This document shows positions 1 to 10,045 of a DNA stretch of 64,000 nucleotides, in pieces. Both the position numbers and the translations under genes were made by a program. Source of the stretch: an uncultured Planctomycetota bacterium (lineage in GTDB: Bacteria > Planctomycetota > PLA2 > JAEUHO01); contig CAVVXN010000002.1 in NCBI GenBank assembly GCA_963752285.1, positions 64,001-128,000 on the forward strand, read 5' to 3'. Every line of letters starts with the position of its first letter. The stretch's first letter is position 1. The notes under the pieces were generated by a model. That model made no database searches. It was not told the origin of the DNA and worked only from the letters and a program-made list of their open reading frames with translations.

Positions 1-136
1 GCGAAGACGGTCGCGGAGATCATCGAGGAGCTCCGGACCGGGAAGTTCCAGAACGTCGCCGAGCGGAGCGGCCGCGCCGCAGGACAAGGACGACGGCGGC
101 GGCCTCGAGACCCTGCGCCGCGAAGGGTACATGTAG
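1..136 (+). CDS. cysD: sulfate adenylyltransferase subunit 2, 3' end (partial; +1 frameshift near 79)
   Basis: Hand translation gives ...EIIEELRTGKFQNVAERSGRA/QDKDDGGGLETLRREGYM*, a CysD-like C-terminus. It lies directly upstream of cysN. Confidence 0.8.
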   Translation, partial: RRRSRRSSRSSGPGSSRTSPSGAAAPQDKDDGGGLETLRREGYM

Positions 137-268
137 CGACCGTTCCCGTCCCCGACCGCCTGGTCGCGTCCGCCGGCGCCCACGCGCTGGTTGCCCAACG
201 TCAACCCCATTTTCTGTCGCGTCGCCCTTGAGCACAGCAGCACCGACCGCGTCGAAAACCGCCAGCAG

Positions 269-2053
269 ATGCACATCGTGATCGCCGGTCACGTCGATCA
301 CGGCAAGAGCACGGTGATCGGTCGGCTGCTCGCCGACACGGGCTCGCTGCCCGAGGGGAAGCTCGAGCAGGTGCAGGAGCGCGTGCCAGCGGAACAGCAA
401 GCCGTTCGAGTACGCGTTCCTGCTGGACGCGCTGAAGGACGAGCAGGCCCAGGGCATCACGATCGACGCCGCGCGCGTGTTCTTCAAGACGCCGAAGCGC
501 GAGTACCTGATCATCGACGCGCCGGGCCACATCGAGTTCCTGAAGAACATGGTCACGGGCGCGAGCCACGCCGAGGCGGCGCTGCTGGTCATCGACGCGA
601 AGGAAGGCGTCCAGGAGAACTCCCGCCGCCACGGCTACATGCTCTCGATGCTCGGGATCTCGCAGATCGCGGTCCTCGTGAACAAGATGGACCTCGTGGG
701 CTACGACCGAGCGGTCTTCGAGCGGATCCGGGCCGAGTACGGCGCGTTCCTCGCGGAGATCGACGTCCGCCCGCAGGCCTTCCTCCCGCTCTCGGGCGAT
801 GGCGGGCGACAACGTCGCGAACGGGAAGGGCCGGCTCACCTGGTTCGACGGCCCGAACGTGCTCGAGGTCTTGGACGGCTTCGAGGAGGCCCCGCCGCCC
901 GTGGGCCGGCCGTTCCGCATGCCCGTGCAGGACGTCTACAAGTTCACGAACGCCGGCGACGACCGCCGGATCGTGGCGGGGACGGTCGAGACGGGCCGCC
1001 TTCGGCCCGGCGACGAGGTCGTCTTCTATCCCTCCGGGAAGCGGAGCCGCGTCCGCTCGATCGAGAGCTTCGCCCACGACGGCGTCGAGCGGGCCGAGGC
1101 GGGCGAGGCCACGGGGTTCACCCTCACCGAGCAGATCTACGTGACGCGCGGCGAGCTCGCCGGGAAGGAGGGCGAGGTCCGCCCGGACGTCAGCACGAGG
1201 CTTCGCGCGAGCCTCTTCTGGCTCGGGCGCGAGCCGATGGTGGTGGGGAAGGAGTACGGCCTCCGCCTCGGGACCGTGAAGGTGCCCATGCGCCTCGAGT
1301 CGATCGAACGCGTCCTCGACGCTTCGAGCCTCGAGCGAAGACGAGACGAAGCAGCGGATCGACCGGCACGAGGTCGCGGAGGTCGTGCTCCGGACGCGGA
1401 GGCCGGTGGCGTTCGACAAGACCGACGTCCTCCCCCTGACCTCCCGGTTCGTGGTCGTGGACGACTACGACATCAAGGGCGGCGGGATCGTCCTGGAGGC
1501 GCTCGAGGACTCGCAGACGCGCGTGCGCGACCAGGTCTTCCTCCGCGAGAACCGCTGGGAGAAGAGCCTCGTCGGCGCCGAGCACCGCGCGGAGCGGTAC
1601 AACCAGAAGGCGACCCTCCTCCTCGTGACGGGTCCCGCCCGGAGCCCCCGGAAGGAGATCGCGAAGGCCCTGGAGCGTCGCCTCTTCGAGGAGGGGAAGC
1701 TCGTCTACTTCCTCGCCTTCGGAAGCGTCCGCTACGGCGTCGATGCCGACATCACCCGGAGCGACGCGCCCCGGTCGGAGCCCGAGCTGATGCGGCGGCT
1801 GGGCGAGGTCGCCCACATCCTGGTCGATGCCGGCCTGATCCTGGTCGTGAGCGCGCAGGCGCTCTCGACCGAGGACCTCGAGGTCTTCAAGACGACCGTG
1901 GACCCGGAGCGGATCCTCGTCGCCTGGGCGGGCGAGCCGGGGCCCGAGGGCCTGCCCGTCGATCTCGACCTGGGGGCGGCCCCCGAGGCCGAGGCCGTGG
2001 ACCGGCTGAAGACGCTCCTCCAGGAGCGAGGCGCGATCTTCCGGCCGTGGTAG
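269..2053 (+). CDS. cysNC: sulfate adenylyltransferase subunit 1 fused to an APS-kinase-like domain (frameshifts near 385, 790, 1345)
   Basis: [19 protein letters not shown] and NKMD GTPase motifs, [11 protein letters not shown], and a C-terminal CysC-like domain are spread over ORFs 191-1144, 477-1439, 799-2184 and 1385-2053. Confidence 0.85.
1985..2051 (+). repeat. direct repeat, copy 1 (3' end of cysNC)
   Basis: 67 bp with one mismatch to 4885-4951; weaker similarity extends upstream to about 1911. Confidence 0.9.
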
Positions 2054-2324
2054 CCGGGGGGAACGAGCTAGGACCGGCGAGACCGATTGATGGACCGGTC
2101 AGCGCGGGCGTGGGGCGAGGATCGCAGCTATGCCGTCTGCAAGGCCCGCAGCCCTCGTGGCGCCGTTCATCTGCGGATCGGTGAGTGTCACACCTTCGGC
2201 GGACCGAGCGGGGTAGGGGCCGCGGTGCGGCCTGGACAACGACCGGACCCCGTGATGACTATGTCGCCAGGTTCGGTGTGAAGGTGGCGGTAGGATTCCT
2301 TTCGTTCTCAGGGCGGCGGTAGTC

Positions 2325-3407
2325 ATGCACGCGGCACACCTCAGACCCGCCCTTCGCGACATGCTGGCCCGTGCCGCCTACGCCTCCGGCGTCACCAAGC
2401 CGGACAAGGGCCTGCGGGGGGCTCTGACCGTCGCCACATTCCACCGCGTACTGCCCGCCAGCCTGAAGGCGACATATCCACTCCCCGGGCTGGTCGCGAC
2501 TCCCGCGGAACTTGCGTGGATCTTGGCCTACATGTCGAGGATCTACTCGTGCATGACTCTCAGCGAAGCGGTAGATCGGTGGACGTCACGAGATGTGCCG
2601 AAGCAACCCATGCTCGCCGTCACGTTCGATGACGGACAACGCGACAACTTCGTGTATGCGAGGCCGATCCTCGAGCGCGTCGGCGTGAGGGCCACGTTCT
2701 TCGTGGTGGCAGGTCCCACCTGCGAGAATACGGCTTTGTGGCATGATCGCCTGGGATTCGCAGCGGCCGACCTGGTGCGGCGGCGCGGCGGCCGATCACG
2801 ACTCTTCAGTGAACTGCACATGGGCGACCCGGGTGGCGACGACGGTGCCGCCGTACGGTGGCTCGTGCGATCGGCAAAGTCGCTGACGCCGACCAGGCGC
2901 GAGCAGGTGGTGTCGGACGTGGAAGGAATGGCGGGGGGGAAGGTGCCGCCCGAGTGGGCGGGCCTGATGTCGTGGCCGGAGATTCGGTTGCTCGCCGCCG
3001 AAGGCCACGAAATCGGCTCCCACACGTTGACCCATCCGCTACTACCTCAGTTGGACGAGGCCGGGATCCGCGCGGAGGTTTCCGGTTCCCGGGACCTGCT
3101 CCGCGCCAAGATCGGTCGGCACGTGTCCTCGTTCTGCTATCCGAATGGCTCGCTGGACGCTCGGTGCGTCAGCGCAGTACAGGAGGCGGGCTACCGCGCG
3201 GCCGTGACGACTCGAGCCGGTGTGAATCGCCTACCCGGAAGTCCCCTGACCCTGGCGCGATGTGACCTTAGCGGCGGACGGGTGCAGGACCGACGGGGCC
3301 GACCGTCGCCCGCACGTCTGGCGCTTCACCTCTCGGGGCACCGCAAGCTCCCGGCGGGGTGGCGCCGCGGCCTCCTTGCCCGGACAGGCTTCGGAGAGGG
3401 CGGGTAG
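2325..3407 (+). CDS. polysaccharide deacetylase (NodB/CE4 family)
   Basis: TFDDG, EIGSHTLTHP and FCYPNG motifs. Confidence 0.9.
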   Translation: MHAAHLRPALRDMLARAAYASGVTKPDKGLRGALTVATFHRVLPASLKATYPLPGLVATPAELAWILAYMSRIYSCMTLSEAVDRWTSRDVPKQPMLAVTFDDGQRDNFVYARPILERVGVRATFFVVAGPTCENTALWHDRLGFAAADLVRRRGGRSRLFSELHMGDPGGDDGAAVRWLVRSAKSLTPTRREQVVSDVEGMAGGKVPPEWAGLMSWPEIRLLAAEGHEIGSHTLTHPLLPQLDEAGIRAEVSGSRDLLRAKIGRHVSSFCYPNGSLDARCVSAVQEAGYRAAVTTRAGVNRLPGSPLTLARCDLSGGRVQDRRGRPSPARLALHLSGHRKLPAGWRRGLLARTGFGEGG

Positions 3408-3409
3408 GC

Positions 3410-4666
3410 GTGTGTCCGCACCCGTTGCATTTGGCCTACCTGACAAGCCGTTACCCAGCGGTCAGCCACACGTTCATTCGGCGCGAGGTCGCTGCCTTGC
3501 GACGGCAGGGCATTTGCGTGAGCACTTGCTCGGTACGACGAGCCAGCATAGACGAGCTGAGATCCGAGGACGACGTGGCGGAGGCGCGCACGACGTTCGC
3601 CATCCTCCCGCCAGGGCCCATTGCCGTTCTCCGCGCCCACATATGGGCGCTGCTGTGGCATCCCCTCCGCTACGCCCGGCTGTTTTTCCTAGCGCTTCGC
3701 CACCGCAGGCCTGGAGTGAGGGGATCCGTGTGGGCGGTCTTCCGGTTCCTCGAGGCAGTCCTGCTCGCAAAGGAGTTGAGCCGCCGCGGCATCGACCGGC
3801 TCCACAGCCACTTCTCCAATTCCGGCGGGCACGTTGGATATCTGACTTCCAGTTTCCTCAAGATACCCTGGAGCCACACACTCCATGGCCTGGCGGACTT
3901 CGCCGGCCCCTCGACCCCACTGCTGAGAGAGAAGATCCGCAAGGCGGAGTTCACGGCCGTCGTCTCCTACGCGGGGCGAGCGAACGCGATGTTCGCCAGC
4001 GATCCGATCGACTGGGACAGCATCTTCGTGTGCCGCTGCGGCCTGGACATGGCTAGGACACCCGTGCGCGAGCGGGCCGCGAACGTGGGTCACCGGTTGC
4101 AGATCCTGACCGTGGGTCGTCTGGCGCCCGAGAAATGCCATCTCGGCCTGGTCGAAGCATTCTCGGCGGTGGTATCGACGGGCTGCGACGCGATGCTTAC
4201 GATCCTAGGAGAAGGGCCGGAGCGGGCTCGCCTCGAGGCAACGGTCCACTCGCTGGGCCTCTCCGGACGGGTCAGAATGCCGGGAGCGGCCACGGGCCGC
4301 GAAGTGCTTGCGGCAATGATGGAGGCGGACCTCTTCGTACTCTCGAGCTTGGTGGAGGGCCTTCCCGTGGTCCTCGTGGAGGCTATGGCAGTCGGTACTC
4401 CCATCCTTGCGCCCAGGCTAGCGGGCATCCCAGAACTTGTGGACGACGGGCGGACGGGGACCCTCTTCACCCCCAGTTGCTTCGATGAACTCGCGACCAA
4501 GATGCGGACGCTCCTGCAAGACCTCTCGCGTGCCGAGGCCATGGCAGGAGCCGGGCGCGACGAAGTCCGCGCAGAATTCAACATCGATGCTTCCGCTCGG
4601 TTACTCGCCAAGATGTTTTTCCGTCCGCCATGCCCGAGGACCAGGGGTGGGGGCACGGCCCCGTGA
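3410..4666 (+). CDS. glycosyltransferase family 4 (WcaL-like)
   Basis: YPAVSHTFIRREV, VGRLAPEK and EGLPVVLVEAMA motifs; GTG start at 3410 is inferred. Confidence 0.9.
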   Translation: MCPHPLHLAYLTSRYPAVSHTFIRREVAALRRQGICVSTCSVRRASIDELRSEDDVAEARTTFAILPPGPIAVLRAHIWALLWHPLRYARLFFLALRHRRPGVRGSVWAVFRFLEAVLLAKELSRRGIDRLHSHFSNSGGHVGYLTSSFLKIPWSHTLHGLADFAGPSTPLLREKIRKAEFTAVVSYAGRANAMFASDPIDWDSIFVCRCGLDMARTPVRERAANVGHRLQILTVGRLAPEKCHLGLVEAFSAVVSTGCDAMLTILGEGPERARLEATVHSLGLSGRVRMPGAATGREVLAAMMEADLFVLSSLVEGLPVVLVEAMAVGTPILAPRLAGIPELVDDGRTGTLFTPSCFDELATKMRTLLQDLSRAEAMAGAGRDEVRAEFNIDASARLLAKMFFRPPCPRTRGGGTAP

Positions 4667-4884
4667 AGCCAGCGAAGGGGGCGTGAGCACGGCCCGCGCG
4701 AGCGCGGCAGGGCCCCGGCGTCCGATACTCAAGTCGCCGGCGCTGACCGGCGCGGTAACCCGCGCTCTAGTTGGGGGGGAGTCCGTCACCCGACGGGGCT
4801 CCAGTCACTGGATCCTGTGTTGGGTCTCGGGGCGAGCCGGGGCCGGTGAGCGTGCCCGTGGGCCTCGCCCTCAGCGCGGTTCCG

Positions 4885-4951
4885 GAGGCCGAGGCCGTGG
4901 ACCGGCTGAAGGCGCTCCTCCAGGAGCGAGGCGCGATCTTCCGGCCGTGGT
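4885..4951 (+). repeat. direct repeat, copy 2 (duplicated cysNC 3' end)
   Basis: Matches 1985-2051 at an offset of 2900; translates as [22 protein letters not shown]. Confidence 0.9.
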
Positions 4952-5038
4952 GAGGCGGGTGGGGTGCCTCGGGTGCCCGGAGCGCGGTGGCTTGCGGCAG
5001 CGTCGTGCGCGGGTCGCCGGAGCGGGCCGAGGGTCGGT

Positions 5039-5860
5039 TCAGACCGCCTCGGCGCGGCGGCGCCGGCTCCGGAGCCCGAATCCGCCCAGCAGGACCCCGC
5101 CGAGACCCAAGAGCGCCAGCGTCGAGGGCTCGGGGACGGGCGTCACGGCGAACGCCAGGGCGGAGAGGTTGGATCGGTCGTTTGTGCCGACGTACGTCGT
5201 GGCCCCCGTGCTGAGGTCGGCCGTGTAGAGATCGAACCCGCCGTTGCCGTTCCGGAGCCCCGTGAACAGGGTGCCGGTCGAGTCGTAGGCCAGGATGTTG
5301 TCCATGCCCCTGTCGAGGTCCTTCACGAACGAGGTGGCGCCCGTGGTCGGATTCACGCTGTAGACGTTGTAGTCGGTCTTGACGTAGATCGTGCCGTCGG
5401 GCGCCACGGCGAGGCCGGTTTGGAGGGTGCTGATTCCCGCATCGCCGACGTCCGTGCTGGCCCCCGTGCTGGTGTCGATCGTGAGGAGGTCGTCCGCGTG
5501 CGGCTCGTACCACCCGTAGAGCGTCCCGCTCGCGTCGAACGCCAGGTCCGGCACCTGGATCGCGTTGCCCGAACCGACGAGCGTCCCCGCTCCCGTACTC
5601 GTGTCGATCGTGATGAGACCCGTGCCGGATACCCAGCCGTAGAGCACCCCCGTGGTCGGGTCGACGGCCAGCCCCGTGACGTGGCTGAACCCGGTGGAGC
5701 CGATCGTCTGGACGACGGACCCGTCGGTGGGGTCGATCTCGTAGAGGCTCGCGGAGGCGCCCCCGGCGCCGTCCACCGCGTAGAGCGTGTCGGCGCGGGC
5801 AACGCCCGCCGCGACGATCACCCCCAGCACCACCCCCAAGAAGAGCGTCCCGATCCGCAT
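5039..5860 (-). CDS. PEP-CTERM surface protein with beta-propeller-like repeats
   Basis: Signal peptide ending ARA-D, repeated LxxIDxxTGAxTxVG units, and a VPEP + hydrophobic helix + RSRRRR tail. Confidence 0.85.
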   Translation of the reverse strand: MRIGTLFLGVVLGVIVAAGVARADTLYAVDGAGGASASLYEIDPTDGSVVQTIGSTGFSHVTGLAVDPTTGVLYGWVSGTGLITIDTSTGAGTLVGSGNAIQVPDLAFDASGTLYGWYEPHADDLLTIDTSTGASTDVGDAGISTLQTGLAVAPDGTIYVKTDYNVYSVNPTTGATSFVKDLDRGMDNILAYDSTGTLFTGLRNGNGGFDLYTADLSTGATTYVGTNDRSNLSALAFAVTPVPEPSTLALLGLGGVLLGGFGLRSRRRRAEAV

Positions 5861-6328
5861 CTCGGCCTCCCTCACGGTTCCCGTGTCCGAACGGCCCGCC
5901 GCCTCCGGGCCGTACGGACGGTCTCGTGAGGAGGCGAGCCCCCGTTTCCAATGGCCGGAGGACGGAATTGCTTTGCCCGCCGCTCCGCGGGCGGGGCCGA
6001 TGGCCCGGCCTCCCCGGACCCCGGTGGTCGGGACGACGGGCGGCCGCCCCGCCCGCGGTGCGAGGACCTGCGGCGAGGGCACTCGTCCTTCGGTCGCCCC
6101 TTCGGCTCCTCGTGGGAGCGAGGGCGCGAGTTGCGTGGCGCACGACCGCCGGGAGGTGCAGGTGTGTTCGGGCGCGGCCGAGGGGCGGCCCAGCGGCCAT
6201 CCTCCCGCCGCGCGGTGGCCGATTCCGCGTCGCTGAAAGGTAAACGCGCCCAGGGCCCATAAGTACTACTGGTTACGTGCCAGCATGCGGGCTGCACCTG
6301 CTCAGAAATCAGGAAGTGAGGTCGCAAG

Positions 6329-7027
6329 ATGATGAGAGCGATGTGCGGACGGATCGTACTGTCATGGCTCGTCGCCGTCGCCTTGATGACGGCTGTCGCG
6401 ACCTCTGCACGGGCGGATCCGATCGTGACCAACGGGAGCTTCGAGGCGGATACCTTCGACTCGACTGGAACGCTGAACCTCGGGGGTACGAGCACCTTGA
6501 CCGGCTGGACGACCCTCAGCATCGGGGCCTACCCATGGGGTCTGCCCAACTCCAACGGGTTCAGCGGCGGCCCCACCCCCTATGGCAACCAGTGGGTCAT
6601 CGTCGGAGACTACGGAATAGGCGGGACGTGGATCCAGCAAGCGGTCAGCGGGTTCACGGTCGGACAGACGTACACCTTGAACTTCGCTCTGGCTTCGGAG
6701 TTCAGTCCGAATGGGGTGGGCTCACTCGTGGAGGTGTCTTTCCAGTCCGGCTCGAGCACGGCCTCCCAGCAGTTCGAGGCACCCGCACGTGCCTCGAACT
6801 ACTGGGACACATGGGCGATGTACTCCATGAACTTCGTCGCCACGGATACGACCGTGACATTCCGAATGGAAGGTCTCGCGGGGGACGGATACGACGCGGG
6901 GATCGACAACGTTTTCATCTCGAGCCCGGTCCCGGAGCCCGCGTCGCTGGCGCTCATGGGATTGGGTGTCGCGGGGATCGCCGGCGTCCGGCGCCGCCAG
7001 CGCGCCCGCCGCCGGGCAGCGGTCTGA
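6329..7027 (+). CDS. PEP-CTERM surface protein with a DUF642/carbohydrate-binding-like domain
   Basis: Signal peptide, NGSFE start, IDNV end and VPEPASLALMGLG-RRR tail. Confidence 0.85.
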   Translation: MMRAMCGRIVLSWLVAVALMTAVATSARADPIVTNGSFEADTFDSTGTLNLGGTSTLTGWTTLSIGAYPWGLPNSNGFSGGPTPYGNQWVIVGDYGIGGTWIQQAVSGFTVGQTYTLNFALASEFSPNGVGSLVEVSFQSGSSTASQQFEAPARASNYWDTWAMYSMNFVATDTTVTFRMEGLAGDGYDAGIDNVFISSPVPEPASLALMGLGVAGIAGVRRRQRARRRAAV

Positions 7028-7489
7028 GCGTCCTCTGGTTCGCGAGAGCTTCTGGGGCTTCCGGCCGCCCCGGTGACGCCGTGTTCACCGCGCCGCTCCC
7101 GGGCGCCCGTCCCGGCCGGCCTCGCGCGACCGCATGGAGTGCTCTCCCCACCGAGACGGGCGGATTGTCAGCGCCGCCGAGGCGTCCGGGCGTGCGCGCT
7201 CTCGAGGTCAGGAAGACGATCCGGACCCCGCGGTAGCCGCGGCGGAACGCGTGCCGACGGGCGGTGCCAGTCCCCGGGGGCTCGGAGCGGCCTGGCCTGC
7301 TCGGAGTGGGCGCCGCCCCGTGGGCGCCCCTCCAAGGGCTCCCCGGTCGGATCCAGGCAGGGCTCAACTCTCTCCCCGCGGTTCTCTCCTCGCGGTGACC
7401 GTCGCGTGAAGGGGGAGCGGTCGAATGGGCCGCCGGCTTCGGCCGGAAGGGAGCGGTCCGCCCGGGGACCGGCTCGGAGGGTCGTCTTC

Positions 7490-8590
7490 GTGAACGTCGC
7501 CTCGCGCCTCGGGACTCCGTCGCTCTGCTGGGTCCTGGCGGGGCTCCTCGTGGCGCTCCCCGCGTGCCGGAGCGGTCCCGTGGACCACCCCGAGTCGCTC
7601 TCGCGGCTCCTCGTGGACGAGAAGGCTCCCGACTTCTACGACGCGGCGTTCAAGCCGATCCCCCCCGATCAGCTCGAGGCCTTCCATCTGCCCGCGGCGC
7701 CGCCCTATCGGCTGGGCGTCGCCGACGTGCTCCGGGTGCGGGTCCTCAACACCGAGCAGGTGCCGGGTTGGAGCGGGTCGTTGGACGTCCGCGTGAAGGA
7801 CGACGGCGCGATCTACCTTCCGACGATCGGCAAGGTCGAGGTCAAGGACAAGACCGTGCTCGAGGCCGAGGCCGCCGTCGCGGCTCGGATCCAGGAGGCG
7901 AAGTACCTCCCGGCCCCGGTCGTGAGCATCGAGGTCTCCGGCTACGAGGCGCGGAAGTTCTACGTCATGGGCGAGGTCGGGAAGCCGAGCGCTCTGCCCG
8001 TGAACGGCCGGACCACGCTTCTCGAGGCCCTGATCGACGTCGATGCGACGCGGCAGGAGACGGCCGACCTGGAGGAGGCGTACGTCGTACGGGACCAGCA
8101 GGCGATCCCCTTCTCGATCGAGGACATCGTCCGCCGGGGACACCCGGCGGGGCGGCTCGTGATGGAGGAGGGGGACGTCGTCTACGTCCCGCACGTGAAG
8201 GACCGCGCGGACTTCGTCTTCGTCCTGGGGGCCGTCGCGAAGCCGCAGCGGATCGAGATGGACCACCTCGGGCCCCGGGGGACGCAGGGGAGCATCACGC
8301 TCGCTTCGGCCGTGGCCCAGGCGGGCGGGCTCGTCGCGGGCCAGGCGAATCCGAACTGCATCTCGGTGTTCCGGGGCGGCTGGCAGTGCCCGCGGGTCTA
8401 CACCGTCAGCGAGTGCGAGCTCGCGAAGTACGGCGACGACATCCACCTGAAGCCCGGCGACCGGATCTTCGTCTCGCCGAGCGCCTGGGCGAGGTTCGGG
8501 AACACGCTCGGCCCGACGCTCTCCGTCATCTCGGGGGTCTCCTCCTTGCTCTCGCTGTCCCTCAGCGCCCTCGCCCTCTCGAAGAGATAG
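7490..8590 (+). CDS. polysaccharide export lipoprotein (Wza/OPX family), paralogue 1
   Basis: Lipobox-like LPAC, YRLGVADVL Poly_export motif, DGAIYLPTIG and SLBB repeats (VMGEV, VLGAV). Confidence 0.85.
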   Translation: MNVASRLGTPSLCWVLAGLLVALPACRSGPVDHPESLSRLLVDEKAPDFYDAAFKPIPPDQLEAFHLPAAPPYRLGVADVLRVRVLNTEQVPGWSGSLDVRVKDDGAIYLPTIGKVEVKDKTVLEAEAAVAARIQEAKYLPAPVVSIEVSGYEARKFYVMGEVGKPSALPVNGRTTLLEALIDVDATRQETADLEEAYVVRDQQAIPFSIEDIVRRGHPAGRLVMEEGDVVYVPHVKDRADFVFVLGAVAKPQRIEMDHLGPRGTQGSITLASAVAQAGGLVAGQANPNCISVFRGGWQCPRVYTVSECELAKYGDDIHLKPGDRIFVSPSAWARFGNTLGPTLSVISGVSSLLSLSLSALALSKR

Positions 8591-8977
8591 GCGGCGAGGC
8601 CGGCGGTCGGAGGGCCTTGGTCCTGGCGCCTCGCGCCCGCCGGCCGCAGTCGTTAAGAAAGTGTTGAGCGCCCCGGGCGCCGTCGCTACCCTCCCCGGTC
8701 CACGGGGGCTTGGAGGGAGCGAGAGCTGTGAACGGTGCGCGGTGTCACCTCCTCCCCTCGTCGGGGTCCACCGGGCGGTCGCCCGGGGCCCCGCGCCTCG
8801 GGGCCCTCGGCGATCGTTGCAGGACACGCCGCCCGCCCCGGGTCCATGGTTCTCGACGTCGTCTCGGCGGACCAGGCGATTCTGTGGGCGCTCGGGCGCT
8901 CCGGAGCGCGAGTTGCTGGGCGCGGGCGACGTGTTCGCGACTCCCTCCCATCGCACGGCCGGCCGGGGTGTCCCGGC

Positions 8978-9529
8978 ATGACCTCGTTCCTCGAGAGCGG
9001 TGAGCGGGCCAAAGTGGAGGGGCGCCTCCTCTATCTCGCGTGGCGGCGCTACCGGATTCCCAGCTACGTGGCCGAGGACCTCGTCCAGTCCGCACTCGTG
9101 ACCTTCCTCGAGGTCAAGGACCGCTATCCCGAGGAACAGGACCACGCCCGCATCCTCGTGGGGATCTTCCGGAACAAGTGCCGCGAGCACGTGGAGACCT
9201 GCGTCCGGACGGAGCGGCGGAGCCGGGCGATCCGCCAGGCCGGCGGGGCCTCGTGGGGACGGGTCTTGCACGCGCCCGACTCGGCTTCGGGAGACGAGGG
9301 GGTCCTCGAGGAGCTGGTGCGTCAGGAGGACGCCTCCTTCCTCCGACGGGCCCTCTCCGACCTTCGGCCGAGCGCGAAGGAGATGTTCCGGCTCATCGTG
9401 GACGAGGGGGCGAGCCGGAAGGACCTGATCGAGCGCTACGGCCTCAACAAGAACACGCTCGACTCCCGACTCCACACCTACCGTCGGGAGTTCCGGCAGA
9501 TCCTCTCCCGCCGCGGGATCGATCTCTGA
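8978..9529 (+). CDS. ECF-type RNA polymerase sigma factor
   Basis: AEDLVQSAL region 2 and ALSDLRP...LDSRLH region 4; about 180 aa. Confidence 0.75.
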   Translation: MTSFLESGERAKVEGRLLYLAWRRYRIPSYVAEDLVQSALVTFLEVKDRYPEEQDHARILVGIFRNKCREHVETCVRTERRSRAIRQAGGASWGRVLHAPDSASGDEGVLEELVRQEDASFLRRALSDLRPSAKEMFRLIVDEGASRKDLIERYGLNKNTLDSRLHTYRREFRQILSRRGIDL

Positions 9530-9758
9530 GCGAACGACGGGCCCTCCGTTCGGGGCCCGGACGACGCGGTGCAAGGGGGGGCGATAGGCCCGGTCTCGGC
9601 GCCCATCTGGACCGAGATCGCGCCCTGTTCGTCTCGTGAATGGAATGTGAATGCGGGGCCAAAGCAAATCGGCCGATCCCTTACAACTTGGGTGAAGCCG
9701 GTTGGCTTCGGATGCCGCTCGGGCGGGGCCCGACCGGCGTAACGGTGGGTCCTTCTTC

Positions 9759-10033
9759 ATGGTCCGCGTCTCGCACCGGTTCCGAGAGCACCTGGACGCG
9801 CGCCGCGCGGCGCCCGGTGCGTCAGGCCGCGGGCGAGCCGTGGGACGACTCGAGCTGCGCCCACGGCGAGATGCGCTCCCTCCTCCTTCCCTATGCGCTC
9901 TCAGCGGTGCACCGAGGACGAGGAGGTCGAGCTCGAGGCGCACGTGCTCGAGTGCGACGCCTGCTTCCGTGATCTCGTGTGCCTCGATCGCGCGATCCCC
10001 CTGATCCGGACGTACGCACGGGCGCACGCCTAG
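9759..10033 (+). CDS. small zf-HC2 (ZAS) anti-sigma-like protein, frameshifted
   Basis: Joining frames gives ...CAHGEMRSLLLPYAL/QRCTEDEEVELEAHVLECDACFRDL...*. The HxxxCxxC motif lies downstream of the ECF gene. Confidence 0.6.
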
Positions 10034-10045
10034 CTCGCGCGAGCT

